Source of the DNA: Alphaproteobacteria bacterium
Lineage (GTDB): Bacteria > Pseudomonadota > Alphaproteobacteria > GCA-2746255
Direction: 5' to 3'
DNA: 64,000 bases
Assembly: GCA_965249135.1 (NCBI GenBank)
Contig: OZ252220.1
Coordinates: 1,600,001-1,664,000, forward strand
Made by a program: the position numbers and the translations under genes. This document shows, piece by piece, positions 10,112 through 21,388 of this stretch (its first letter is position 1; every line of letters starts with the position of its first letter). Under the pieces are notes generated by a model. It searched no databases. It saw only the letters and a list, made by a program, of their open reading frames with translations, and had not been told where the DNA came from.

Positions 10112-10537
10112 ATGAGCGATCCAGAATCAAAAAATTTGCCGGAGGGCATCGGTCCGCACGAGGGGCGGGAGCTTGCCCTCATGCTTGAAGGCAAGAAGCC
10201 AATGGCGATGTTTTTCGACGTGCTTCCGGAATGCGGCGTCATCCCACGCGGCGAATTTCGGCCTTATGTCGAGTCGGGGCAAATTCTTATGCGCGAAGCG
10301 GTCTATCATCCCGTCCATCAAGGCAAGAAAGATGCGCCCCTCCGTTATATCTATTATGCCACGCCCAAAGAGGGCTGGCGCATCGAGGCCATGCATCGAA
10401 TCCAGCGCGAGATTGCAAGCGGCCTTCGTCCGGCGACGGACGAAGACGATATAGCAATCGGTCGATTGTTGGGCTATTCGGAAAAAGACATCCTGCGTTT
10501 CTTGGCGCGGCAAGCCAAGCGCCTGGCTTCCATTTAG
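10112..10537 (+). CDS. hypothetical protein
   Basis: Protein-like ORF GIGPHEGRELALML.GKKPMAMF...IGRLLGYSEKDI; ATG 10112 preferred. Confidence 0.7.
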   Translation: MSDPESKNLPEGIGPHEGRELALMLEGKKPMAMFFDVLPECGVIPRGEFRPYVESGQILMREAVYHPVHQGKKDAPLRYIYYATPKEGWRIEAMHRIQREIASGLRPATDEDDIAIGRLLGYSEKDILRFLARQAKRLASI

Positions 10538-10543
10538 GAAATT

Positions 10544-10930
10544 TCACGCATTTTTCTTTTCCGTGCACTGTGGGCAGAGTTTGCCCTTTGATCCACCATG
10601 GGGGGCGCCGCATTCTGGACAACGTATAATTGGAGAACGCCCGGAGATTTCGGAGTCTTCCGGATCTTCGAGAACACGGTTTAAATCCTCTTCGGTTTCA
10701 CCACCAGGTTTGATAATCCCATCAACGGTCAATCCACGGACGCGTTGATAGCGCTTGATGGCGGAGAACATCTCTTCGTCGGGAAAAGGCGTTATGCCTT
10801 GTGACGGGGTGTCATAGAAGCCGATTTCACCAAGCGCTCGTTTTATTGTCAGGACGTCACTTGGTTGAACATTAGAGCTGCGGTCAATCCTGTCTTGTAA
10901 TTCGATGGTCGCGCGCATGTGTCTCTCCAT
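10544..10930 (-). CDS. peptidoglycan-binding domain protein with C-terminal CxxC...CxxC
   Basis: DVLTIKRAL...AIKRYQRVRGLTVDGII.PGGET PGBD signature; CPEC...CPQC. Confidence 0.8.
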   Translation of the reverse strand: MERHMRATIELQDRIDRSSNVQPSDVLTIKRALGEIGFYDTPSQGITPFPDEEMFSAIKRYQRVRGLTVDGIIKPGGETEEDLNRVLEDPEDSEISGRSPIIRCPECGAPHGGSKGKLCPQCTEKKNA

Positions 10931-11013
10931 ATTGGTTTGAAGAAATATCGTTCTCGATTTTGCTGGCGATATCGTGCTTGGGTTGTTGGGGGTGCCCTCC
11001 GCGCGATTGGTAG

Positions 11014-11045
11014 AAAATAAAAGACCGCCCCTATGAGGGCGGCCC
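11014..11045 (-). terminator. Rho-independent terminator
   Basis: GGCCGCCC-TCATAG-GGGCGGTC followed by TTTTATTTT on the minus strand. Confidence 0.75.
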
Positions 11046-11078
11046 TTCTAGCAACGGAGTTCTGGCAATTTCTAGTAG

Positions 11079-11107
11079 AGTGTAACAGCCGCGGTATAGG
11101 AAATCAA
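11079..11107 (-). promoter_or_regulatory. sigma70-type promoter
   Basis: TTGATT-N17-TACACT on the minus strand; inverted repeat ATAGGA-N6-TCCTAT spans the -35. Confidence 0.55.
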
Positions 11108-11129
11108 TCCTATTTCTTAAAGCTACTCG

Positions 11130-11954
11130 CTAGCCGAGCAACCCCCAAACCATGCGGAGCGACGTCGCCATCAGGAAAAGCGCGAAGGCGCGGCGTAAGA
11201 TGCGCGCGCCGACGCGGTGCGCTAGCCGGACGCCTACGGGGGCGGCGAAGATGGTGCCTAAGGAAATGAGCGCAAACGCGGTCAAGCTCACATAGCCAAG
11301 GGAATAGACGGGACGCAGCGGCACGCCCAAACCTGCGATCGCGAACACGATGGCGCCCGGCACGCCGATGATAAGGCCGATGGCGGCTGCCGTGCCGACG
11401 GCACGGGCCATCGGATAGCCGAAGGCGGCGAGGTAAGGCACGCTCATCGTGCCGCCGCCGATGCCGATCATCGCCGAGACGCCGCCGATGACGGCGCCCG
11501 CGCCCTGCAGACTGATCCCGGAAGGCAGGCGATCGGAAAGGCGGAAATTCTCACGTCCGAAGAAGAGGTGGGCGGCGACCAGGATGGCAAGCGTGGCGAA
11601 GGCGCCGGTCAGGATCGCCCCTTCCACGAAGCCGCCGATGCCGGCGCCGACGACGACGCCGAGCAAAATCGAAATCCCCCAGCGCTTGAGCAACCCGATG
11701 TCGACAGCGCCGCGGCGGTTGTGGGCGAAGGCCGAAACGCTCGCCGTCGGCAGAAAGGTGGCAAGCGATGTGCCGACCGCCATATGCATGCGCACAGTCT
11801 CGTCGATGCCGATCGCGCCAAACAAGAAGTAGAGGACCGGCACGATGACGATCCCGCCGCCGACGCCCAGGAAGCCTGCGACGACACCTGCGATGGCGCC
11901 GGTGACGATGAGGCTTGCGGCAAGGAGAATAAGAAGGGGAAGGGATTCCGGCAT
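11130..11954 (-). CDS. sulfite exporter TauE/SafE family membrane protein
   Basis: GFLGVGGGIVIVP, AVGTSLA, GIGGGTMSVP internal repeat. Confidence 0.9.
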   Translation of the reverse strand: MPESLPLLILLAASLIVTGAIAGVVAGFLGVGGGIVIVPVLYFLFGAIGIDETVRMHMAVGTSLATFLPTASVSAFAHNRRGAVDIGLLKRWGISILLGVVVGAGIGGFVEGAILTGAFATLAILVAAHLFFGRENFRLSDRLPSGISLQGAGAVIGGVSAMIGIGGGTMSVPYLAAFGYPMARAVGTAAAIGLIIGVPGAIVFAIAGLGVPLRPVYSLGYVSLTAFALISLGTIFAAPVGVRLAHRVGARILRRAFALFLMATSLRMVWGLLG

Positions 11955-12026
11955 CCCGGGGCTTTCAGTTTTCGAGGCGCCTCACTTTAGGGGGTGATGG
12001 GCGCGCGCGCCAGCGAAGAGCCGTCT

Positions 12027-12980
12027 TTACGCCTTTGCTTGCGTCTTTCTTTTTGGCGGCATGCTGGCCAGCCAGATGCCATAGAAGACGAAGGGAATGC
12101 CGAGGTAGTGATAACCGTAAAGGTTCTCGCCCAGGAAGAGCATCGCCTGAAAGAGCGCGAAGACCGGCACCAGATTAAAGAGAACCCCGGTTCGGTTGGG
12201 GCCGAGCTTGGCTACGCCATAATTCCAACAAAGGTAACCGATGGCAGCCGCGAAGATGCCGATGTAAAGAAGAGCTACGATCGTCATGCCGTCGAGGATC
12301 ATGGACTTGCCGGTCGCCATTTCCAGGCCATAGAGGGGAAGCAGCATGGGAAGTCCCAAGGCGATCACCACCGTGAGTACGGCCGTCGTGTTGAGGCCTT
12401 CGGGCAATCGCTTCAGCAGCACGGAATAAAACGCCCAGAAGAAGGCGGCGAACAGCATCAACGGATCTCCCCATGCGAGATCGAGCTCGCCAATGAGCCG
12501 CAGATCCCCGCGTAGTACGATGATCGCAACGCCCACCAAGGTGAGTGCGATGCCTAAGGTCTGGTGGTAGGTGACGCGGTCCCGGAACATCAGCCAGGTG
12601 ATCACCGGGATTATCACCGGTACGGTTGCGTTGATGAGACTGGCGTTGATGGCCGTCGTCCACTGGAGCGCCATGTAAACGACGGAGAAGAAACCGGTGA
12701 TCCCGAAGAAGCTAAGGAGGAGGAGCAGCTTCCACTCGTTCAGCAGTGTTCGGTATTGGGTGCGAATGGCCGGCCAGGCGAAGGGGAGCAGAAACAAAAA
12801 CGCGATCGTCCATCGCCAGAAGCAAAGGGCTATCGGCGGGATGTGGTCGACGACCGCCCGCCCGACGATCAGATTCGAGGCCGAGAGGAACATCGCAAGC
12901 CCAACCAGAAAGTAGGGCGAGCGGAAGAGGGAAAGCAGCGATGTTGGCATGGGCCTTTTAAGCGTCGAAAAGGGGGCCAT
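12027..12980 (-). CDS. DMT/EamA family transporter
   Basis: About 10 TM helices, two EamA repeats, FLGENL; start uncertain (12950 or 12980). Confidence 0.88.
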   Translation of the reverse strand: MAPFSTLKRPMPTSLLSLFRSPYFLVGLAMFLSASNLIVGRAVVDHIPPIALCFWRWTIAFLFLLPFAWPAIRTQYRTLLNEWKLLLLLSFFGITGFFSVVYMALQWTTAINASLINATVPVIIPVITWLMFRDRVTYHQTLGIALTLVGVAIIVLRGDLRLIGELDLAWGDPLMLFAAFFWAFYSVLLKRLPEGLNTTAVLTVVIALGLPMLLPLYGLEMATGKSMILDGMTIVALLYIGIFAAAIGYLCWNYGVAKLGPNRTGVLFNLVPVFALFQAMLFLGENLYGYHYLGIPFVFYGIWLASMPPKRKTQAKA

Positions 12981-13061
12981 TTCAAAGAAACCGCGCCCTC
13001 CCGTCAACCGGAACCCGCCGGTGACGGCACCGGAAAGCTAAGAATGCCGTACGTAAGGCCC

Positions 13062-13089
13062 TTGACGGGTTGATCTGGCTGGCTAGCAT
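13062..13089 (+). promoter_or_regulatory. possible sigma70 promoter of the CoA ligase
   Basis: TTGACG-N16-TAGCAT. Confidence 0.35.
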
Positions 13090-13220
13090 GATTGCAAAGG
13101 TTGCATGCATCTGGGGAGGACATCCAAGCGTTGCGAACTTGCTTCTCGGCCCACCCTTTGCCGGTGAGGGTTTTTGCGTGAGCCGCGGGGGAGGCACCGC
13201 AATTCGGGTGTGAGAGAGCG

Positions 13221-14870
<1,650 letters not shown>

Positions 14871-14884
14871 AAAGAAGACGAAGG

Positions 14885-15994
14885 TCAGGCGGCGGCGAAG
14901 GCGGAAAGCCGCACGGGCAAGCGCCGCGATCCCCAATTGCCAGGCGTTTCTTCGAAGACGCCGGCACAAGACGTGCCGCAATGCCGACACGTCCCCTTCG
15001 CGCCTAGATCCCAGGAAAGCAGTTCGTACCAATCGCGGCCGATCAACGCCTCGCCGCAAGCGTGGCAATAGGTAGTATCGCCCTTCTTATCGTGGACGTT
15101 GCCGGTATAGGCGTAACGCACGCCGTTCTTAAGCGCAATTTCGCGGGCGCGGCGAAGCGTCTCGGGCGGTGTGGAGGGATGGTCGCGCATTTTCCAATCG
15201 GGATGAAAGGCAGAAAAGTGCATCGGCACATCGGGGCCAAGATGCTCGACGACCCATTGCGTCATCTGGTCGATCTCGGCAGGGGAATCGTTCTCGCCCG
15301 GAATAAGAAGTGTCGTGAGCTCGAACCAGACGTCCGTTTCGTGTTTCAAATATTCAAGGGTTTCCAGAACCGGCGCCAGTTCACCGCCGCAGATCTTCTT
15401 GTAGAAGGATTCCGTAAACGCCTTTAAGTCGACATTGGTGGCATCCATGTGCCGATAGAACTCGATGCGTGGCTCCGGCGTTATGTAACCCGCCGTCACG
15501 GCGACTGTCCGGATCCCTTTTTCGCGACAGGCCTTCGCCACGTCGACGGCGTATTCCAAGAAGATGACCGGGTCGTTGTAGGTAAAGGCGATGCTGCGAC
15601 AACCAAGCTCAAGGGCGGCGTTCGCCAGCGTCTCGGGCGAAGCGGCGTCGGCCAGGGTATCGATCTCGCGGGATTTCGAGATATCCCAGTTCTGGCAGAA
15701 CTTGCAGGCCAGGTTGCAGCCGGCCGTGCCGAAGGAAAGGACCGGCGTTCCGGGCAGGAAGTGATTGAGCGGCTTCTTTTCGATGGGGTCGACGCAAAAG
15801 CTACTCGAGCGGCCGTAGCTGGTGAGCATCAGGCGTTCGCCCTCACGCTTGCGCACGAAGCAAAGGCCGCGCTGGCCATCGTTCAGCCGGCAGAAGCGGG
15901 GACAGAGATCGCACTGAATGCGGCCGTCTTCGAGGCCATGCCAGTAGCGGCCCTCGACCACGCCTAAAATCGGCTCTTCCTTGCGTTGCGCCAT
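14885..15994 (-). CDS. AmmeMemoRadiSam system radical SAM enzyme
   Basis: N-terminal CDLCPRFC, DPIEKKPL, GCNLACKFCQN radical SAM motif. Confidence 0.93.
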   Translation of the reverse strand: MAQRKEEPILGVVEGRYWHGLEDGRIQCDLCPRFCRLNDGQRGLCFVRKREGERLMLTSYGRSSSFCVDPIEKKPLNHFLPGTPVLSFGTAGCNLACKFCQNWDISKSREIDTLADAASPETLANAALELGCRSIAFTYNDPVIFLEYAVDVAKACREKGIRTVAVTAGYITPEPRIEFYRHMDATNVDLKAFTESFYKKICGGELAPVLETLEYLKHETDVWFELTTLLIPGENDSPAEIDQMTQWVVEHLGPDVPMHFSAFHPDWKMRDHPSTPPETLRRAREIALKNGVRYAYTGNVHDKKGDTTYCHACGEALIGRDWYELLSWDLGAKGTCRHCGTSCAGVFEETPGNWGSRRLPVRLSAFAAA

Positions 15995-16061
15995 CACGAT
16001 TGCCCTTTAAACGGCCGCCGAATGCCCTCATATCATCTAGGGAATTTTCGAGGGGGTTTCC

Positions 16062-16850
16062 ATGGCCAAGATTCGCCGGCCCGCCGTCGCCGGGGCCTTC
16101 TATCCGATGCAGCCAGAGGCATTGGATGAGGAAGTGCGCCATTGCTTAAGCGAAGCGGGTGCTGCCGAGGGGCCGGCGCCAAAGGCGTTGATCGCGCCCC
16201 ATGCGGGCTACATCTATTCCGGCTCCATCGCCGGCGAGGTCTATGCTCAACTGCGGCCGGCCCGGGACAAGATTGCCCGTATCGTTCTCATCGGCCCTTC
16301 CCACCACGTCCCCTTTGAGGGCCTTGCCGTGTCTTCGGCGGAAGGGTTCGAAACGCCGCTCGGCGTCGTGCCGGTGGACTGCGAGGCGGTCGAGCAGATC
16401 CTCCGTCTTCCCCAGGTGCAGGTTCTGGACGAAGCTCATGCTGGCGAGCATAGCCTCGAGGTCCAGCTTCCCTTCCTGCAGATCGTGCTCAATGAATTTT
16501 CGATCGTTCCGATTGTCGTCGGCGAGGTGAGGGCGGAAGCGGTTGCCGAAGTGCTGGATATGCTCTGGTCGGGGTCTGAGACCCGGGTCGTCGTGAGTTC
16601 GGATCTTAGTCACTACCACGACTACGAAACGGCGCGCCGAATCGACGCGGCAACCTCGGAAGCCATCGAAGCGTTGCAGCCGGAGCGCATCAAACACGAC
16701 CACGCCTGCGGCCGCAACCCGATCGCCGGCCTTTTGCTGACGGCGCGCAAGCGCGGACTTCATGTACGCCGCCTCGATCTTCGCAATTCCGGCGATACGG
16801 CGGGGCCCCGGGATCAGGTCGTGGGCTATGGCGCCTATGCCGTCGGCTGA
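16062..16850 (+). CDS. AmmeMemoRadiSam protein B (MEMO1 family)
   Basis: RRPAVAGAFYP, PHAGYIYSG, EHSLEVQLPFLQ, SSDLSHY, VVGYGA. Confidence 0.94.
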   Translation: MAKIRRPAVAGAFYPMQPEALDEEVRHCLSEAGAAEGPAPKALIAPHAGYIYSGSIAGEVYAQLRPARDKIARIVLIGPSHHVPFEGLAVSSAEGFETPLGVVPVDCEAVEQILRLPQVQVLDEAHAGEHSLEVQLPFLQIVLNEFSIVPIVVGEVRAEAVAEVLDMLWSGSETRVVVSSDLSHYHDYETARRIDAATSEAIEALQPERIKHDHACGRNPIAGLLLTARKRGLHVRRLDLRNSGDTAGPRDQVVGYGAYAVG

Positions 16851-17439
16851 AGCCGATCGCGCCCTTTTGCTCGCGCATGGGGAGGCGCTTCTCGATCTTG
16901 CCTTTCGTGCGATCGAGACGCGCATCAAAACCGGCGAGCAGTCCACCATCGATCCGGACGCGCACCCGGAAGCCTTGCGCGCGCCACGCGCCACCTTCGT
17001 GACGCTCAGGCTGCGGGAAAACTTGCGCGGCTGTCTCGGCACGGTGGAAGCCTGGCGTCCCTTGGTCGAGGACGCCGTCGATAATGCCCATCGCGCCGCC
17101 TTCGACGATCCCCGTTTTGCATGCCTGACCGAAGACGAGCTCGAGCACCTCGACGTTTCGATCTCGCTGCTCACGCCGCTTGAGCCGGTCGAAGGGAAAA
17201 ACGAAGAAGCCGTGCTGGCAATGATCCGCCCCGGCATCGACGGGCTCGTGCTGCGGGAAGGGGCGACGCGCGGCCTCTTCCTGCCCCAGGTCTGGGAGAT
17301 GTTGCCCGAGCCCGAGCGCTTCTTAGCCGAGTTGAAGGGTAAGGCAGGTCTTCCCCAGGACTATTGGTCGCCTGCGTTGCAGGTGCTTCGCTTCACGACG
17401 ACGTCGGTGAAGCGGCCGAATTCCGGTGCGGCGGCCTAA
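16837..17439 (+). CDS. AmmeMemoRadiSam protein A (AMMECR1 family)
   Basis: TFVTL...LRGCLG, DPRF, FLPQVW, KAGL. Confidence 0.93.
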   Translation: MPSAEADRALLLAHGEALLDLAFRAIETRIKTGEQSTIDPDAHPEALRAPRATFVTLRLRENLRGCLGTVEAWRPLVEDAVDNAHRAAFDDPRFACLTEDELEHLDVSISLLTPLEPVEGKNEEAVLAMIRPGIDGLVLREGATRGLFLPQVWEMLPEPERFLAELKGKAGLPQDYWSPALQVLRFTTTSVKRPNSGAAA

Positions 17440-17688
17440 GGTCCTTAGAAAATGTTCCGCCTCCCTTGATCCGAGCCGCAGGGCCTGACACGATCTTCGG
17501 CAAGGTCATGGCCCAACTCGAGATTTTCGATCGCACGCTTTCGGCCAGGGCCGTCGGCGAAGGGCGTAAGGAAACGGAAAAAGCGTGACTCTATAAAATA
17601 AACAACGCATGACCGAGTTCCCGACGACCGTTACGACTGGCTGGAGTTGATGCCCAGCTATTGAGAAATAAGGAACGAAAGGAAGCCG

Positions 17689-18942
17689 TTGGACGTTCTT
17701 GCCGTCATCACCGTCGCCCTTGCCTTTCTCGCCTTTGGTCTGATTAGTCGAAGGCTCGATGGCTCGCTCCTCACCGGGCCGATGCTATTCGCCGGGTTTG
17801 GGCTTCTGGTGGGGCCGTTGGCGCTTGACCTCGTCCCGGTCCAGGTGACGAACGCGACCTTTCACATGCTCGCCGAGGTCACCCTCATCCTGGTCCTTTT
17901 TTCGGACGCCGCGAACATCGACTTCCGGCAACTCAAGAAAGACCACAACCTTTCGGTGCGCATGCTCGCGATCGGGATGCCGCTTACGATCGTTTTCGGG
18001 GCCTTCGCCGTGCTGCTTCTTCTACCCGGCTTCTCGGTCTGGGAAGCGGCTTTGCTCGCCGCCATTCTGACGCCGACGGATGCGGCGTTGGGCGAGGCGG
18101 TCGTCACAAACGAACGTGTGCCACTTCGTATCCGCCAAGCCCTAAGCGTCGAAAGCGGACTGAACGACGGCATCGCCCTTCCTTTCGTTCTGATCTTTGC
18201 AAGTCTTGCGAGCGCGATGGGCGGGACGGAACCTGGCGAGTGGCTTCTTTTCGGAGCGAAGCAAGTGATCCTTGGTCCAATGGTCGGTGTTTTCATCGGT
18301 TTTGTCGGTGCAAAACTCGTCGCCCGTTGTTACCGATCCGATTGGATGGAGGAATGGGCCGAGGGCGTCATCGCATTGTCGCTGGCCTTGGGCGCCTATG
18401 CATCGGCCGAGTTCGTCCATGGCAATGGGTTCATCGCCGCCTTCGTTACCGGATTGGTTTTCGCAAACACCCTCTCCCACAAATGCGAATACCTTTACAA
18501 ATTCGCAAAGACGGAAGGCCAGTTCTTCGTATTGGGCACGTTTTTGTTGTTCGGCTGCGCGATGGTGCCGACCGTCCTTGCCGATCTGGAGGTTCGCCAT
18601 CTCATCTTTGCGGTCTTGAGTTTGACGGTGCTCCGCATGCTGCCGGTTTCGCTTGCGTTGCTTGGCACGCGCGTGCGGCCTGTCACCTCGGGCTTCTTGG
18701 GTTGGTTCGGCCCGCGCGGCCTGGCATCGATCGTGTTTGTGTTGTTGATCCTGGAGGAGGTGGAGGTTCCCCATAAGAGTGAAATCTTCGCCATCACGAT
18801 CCTGACCGTGGGTTTGAGTATCCTGTTGCACGGGGTGACGGCCGGCCCGGCGGCGAAGGCCTATGGGGCAAAGGCGAAAGCCATGGGAACCTGCACGGAA
18901 AACCAGCCGATCACCGGCGCCCACTTCTTCGAAAAGACGTAA
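17689..18942 (+). CDS. cation:proton antiporter (CPA1/NhaP-like)
   Basis: PTDAALG, ESGLNDG, WFGPRGLAS; multiple TM helices. Confidence 0.9.
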   Translation: MDVLAVITVALAFLAFGLISRRLDGSLLTGPMLFAGFGLLVGPLALDLVPVQVTNATFHMLAEVTLILVLFSDAANIDFRQLKKDHNLSVRMLAIGMPLTIVFGAFAVLLLLPGFSVWEAALLAAILTPTDAALGEAVVTNERVPLRIRQALSVESGLNDGIALPFVLIFASLASAMGGTEPGEWLLFGAKQVILGPMVGVFIGFVGAKLVARCYRSDWMEEWAEGVIALSLALGAYASAEFVHGNGFIAAFVTGLVFANTLSHKCEYLYKFAKTEGQFFVLGTFLLFGCAMVPTVLADLEVRHLIFAVLSLTVLRMLPVSLALLGTRVRPVTSGFLGWFGPRGLASIVFVLLILEEVEVPHKSEIFAITILTVGLSILLHGVTAGPAAKAYGAKAKAMGTCTENQPITGAHFFEKT

Positions 18943-19002
18943 GCACACAAGTTTCTTAAAGGTTTAAGAACGGCCTCAGCCAGACGAAGGGAGGAAAAAG
19001 CC

Positions 19003-19746
19003 ATGTTGAATGACAAGCAATTGGAAATGTGCGAATCCAGCCAATGGGATTTCTCGGACCTTCGGGCGCTTTTCCTGAATTGTACGCTGAAGCGAAGCCC
19101 CGAGCTTTCCCACACGGAAGGTCTCATTCGCATCTCACGGGCGATCATGGAAAAGAACGGGGTTTCGGTCGAGGTATTGCGCCCGGTCGATTACCGGCTC
19201 GCCTTCGGTGTCTATCCGGATATGCGCGAGCAAGGCTGGGAGGAAGACGACTGGCCGGAGATTTACGAGAAGGTAAAGGCGGCCCATGTCCTCGTCGTCA
19301 CCTCGCCGATCTGGCTGGGCGAGAAGTCGTCGGTCTGCACGCAGACAATCGAGCGGCTCCATTCCTCTTCGGGCGATCTGAACGCGGCGGGACAGTACGC
19401 CTATTACGGCAAGGTCGGCGGCTGTTTAATTACCGGGAACGAGGATGGCGCGAAGCACTGTTCGATGAACATCTTGTACTCGCTTCAGCATCTGGGCTAC
19501 GTCATTCCGCCCCAGGCCGATGCCGGTTGGCTCGGCGAAGCGGGCCCGGGGCCTTCCTATCTGGACCCCGGTTCCGGCGCGCCGGAGAACGATTTTACGA
19601 ATCGCAACACGACTTTCATGACCTGGAACCTGTTGCATCTTGCGCGCATGCTGAAGGACGCGGGCGGCATGCCGGCCCATGGGAACCAGCGCTCGAAGTG
19701 GGACGCAGGCTGCCGGTTCGACTATCCGAACCCGGATTACCGCTAA
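19003..19746 (+). CDS. flavodoxin-like NADPH-dependent FMN reductase family protein
   Basis: NCTLKRSP..SHT, SPIWLG, ITGNEDG. Confidence 0.85.
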   Translation: MLNDKQLEMCESSQWDFSDLRALFLNCTLKRSPELSHTEGLIRISRAIMEKNGVSVEVLRPVDYRLAFGVYPDMREQGWEEDDWPEIYEKVKAAHVLVVTSPIWLGEKSSVCTQTIERLHSSSGDLNAAGQYAYYGKVGGCLITGNEDGAKHCSMNILYSLQHLGYVIPPQADAGWLGEAGPGPSYLDPGSGAPENDFTNRNTTFMTWNLLHLARMLKDAGGMPAHGNQRSKWDAGCRFDYPNPDYR

Positions 19747-19749
19747 GGC

Positions 19750-21273
19750 CTAGCGTTTCTTCCAATCACCGGTCGAAGCAAACGCATCCGCCGTACGGAT
19801 TAACGTCGCCTCGTCGAAATGCTTGCCGACCAGCATCATGCCAATTGGCAAACCGCCGACCATGCCGCACGGCACCGTGAAGGCCGGGTTTCCGGCCACG
19901 TCGAAGGGGCAGGTGTTGTGCTGCATGTTGAGCGCGAGCGTAATCGTTTCCTCGCGTGAGCAGTCGGCGTCAGGGAGCTTTGCCGCCGGGAACGGGATCG
20001 TCGGCATGGCGATGACGTCATAGCTTTCCAGCACGTGGTCATAGGCTTTACGCACGAGGGGCTTCAGATTCTGACCCTTCGCGTGGTACCGGCCGTGGTA
20101 GAAGCGGTTCAGATATTCGCCGAGCAGGAGGACGAGCTTGCAGGTCTCCGAGAGATCGTCGGGGCGTGAGCGCCAGCCGCGGGCAAACGCATCGATCAAC
20201 GACGTCGTGTAGTAACCGTTCCAGTTGTTACCAAGGGCATTTCCCTTGATCATCATCTCGGCCGCCCCTTCCGTGATGATCGCTCCCCAGATGTGGGGGG
20301 CGTCCAGATGCATCGGGATCGAGACCTCTTCGACGGTGGCACCCTCGCGGCCAAGCACGTCGATGGCGGCCAGCACCTTCCTATCCGTCTCGGGATCGCT
20401 TTCCGGATGTGCGAAGCCTTCCTTGAGGACGGCGATCTTCATGCCTTTGACGCCCTTGCCAAGGGCGCCCAAGTAATCGCCCGTGGTGGCGATCGTCGTC
20501 CTGGGATCGAGGGGATCGCGCCCCGCGATGGCTGTCAGCAGGCGGGCAACGTTTTCAGGGCTCGAGCAGATCGGCCCGCAATGATCCAAGGCATACGAAA
20601 TCGGCATCGCGCCGGTCAGCGGCACCAGCCCCCAGGTGGGCTTCAATCCATAGGCCCCGCACCAGCAGGACGGCGTGCGGATCGAGCCGCCCTGGTCGCC
20701 GCCGAGCGCCATCTCGACGTCGCCCACCGCGATCAGGGCGGCGCTGCCGCCGGACGACCCGCCCGCCGAGTGCGCCGGGTTGTGGGGATTGTGAATGGGC
20801 CCCGTCGCACAGGTGTGGCTGCCGGCCGAGAAGCAGAGGTCCTCGCAGGCTGCCTTGCCGACGATGGTTCCGCCATGATCGAGGATGCGGGTGACGACGG
20901 TGGCATCAACGTCCGGCACGTAGCCTTCGAGCACGCGCGAGCCGTTCATCATCGGCACGCCGGCAACGCAGATGTTGTCCTTGATGGCGACGCGCTGGCC
21001 TTTGAGTACGCCGTCGGCCGCTCCCTTGATCTCCGTCTTCCAGTACCAGGCATTGAAGGGGTTTTCGTCCGGCCCCGGGCGATAGCCGGGTGAACGCGGG
21101 TATTTGACCGGTGGTGCGGGCTCGACGAGCTCGTCAATCCTGGCATAGGAACCGACGAATCCGCCGATGATCTGTTGGAAGGACTCGGCGTCGGCGAGGC
21201 TGAAATTAAATCCGTAGCTATCGGCAATCTCAAGGATTTGCTCGATCGTCGGCGGCCGCACGGAAATCGTCAT
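19750..21273 (-). CDS. amidase (amidase signature family)
   Basis: IKDN, GGSSGGS, GDQGGSIR catalytic motifs; divergent from the NHase genes. Confidence 0.93.
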   Translation of the reverse strand: MTISVRPPTIEQILEIADSYGFNFSLADAESFQQIIGGFVGSYARIDELVEPAPPVKYPRSPGYRPGPDENPFNAWYWKTEIKGAADGVLKGQRVAIKDNICVAGVPMMNGSRVLEGYVPDVDATVVTRILDHGGTIVGKAACEDLCFSAGSHTCATGPIHNPHNPAHSAGGSSGGSAALIAVGDVEMALGGDQGGSIRTPSCWCGAYGLKPTWGLVPLTGAMPISYALDHCGPICSSPENVARLLTAIAGRDPLDPRTTIATTGDYLGALGKGVKGMKIAVLKEGFAHPESDPETDRKVLAAIDVLGREGATVEEVSIPMHLDAPHIWGAIITEGAAEMMIKGNALGNNWNGYYTTSLIDAFARGWRSRPDDLSETCKLVLLLGEYLNRFYHGRYHAKGQNLKPLVRKAYDHVLESYDVIAMPTIPFPAAKLPDADCSREETITLALNMQHNTCPFDVAGNPAFTVPCGMVGGLPIGMMLVGKHFDEATLIRTADAFASTGDWKKR

Positions 21274-21388
21274 CGGAACTCCCCCCTTAAGTTCAGAGCC
21301 TGCGCTTGACTCCTTTTCTTATTCCTCAACACTATTGGATGGGCCAAGAGACGTACAATCCTTTCCTTAAAATCGGGTGCGGGAATCG

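Noticed and set aside
8960-11130. att duplication of the tRNA-Gly 3' end marking an intact element
   Set aside because: No second copy found by eye and no integrase present.
17440-17688. Fluoride/cation riboswitch or small ORF upstream of the antiporter
   Set aside because: Only fragmentary resemblance to the motifs; an Rfam scan is needed. ORF 17364-17588 overlaps the AMMECR1 gene and has no recognisable motif.
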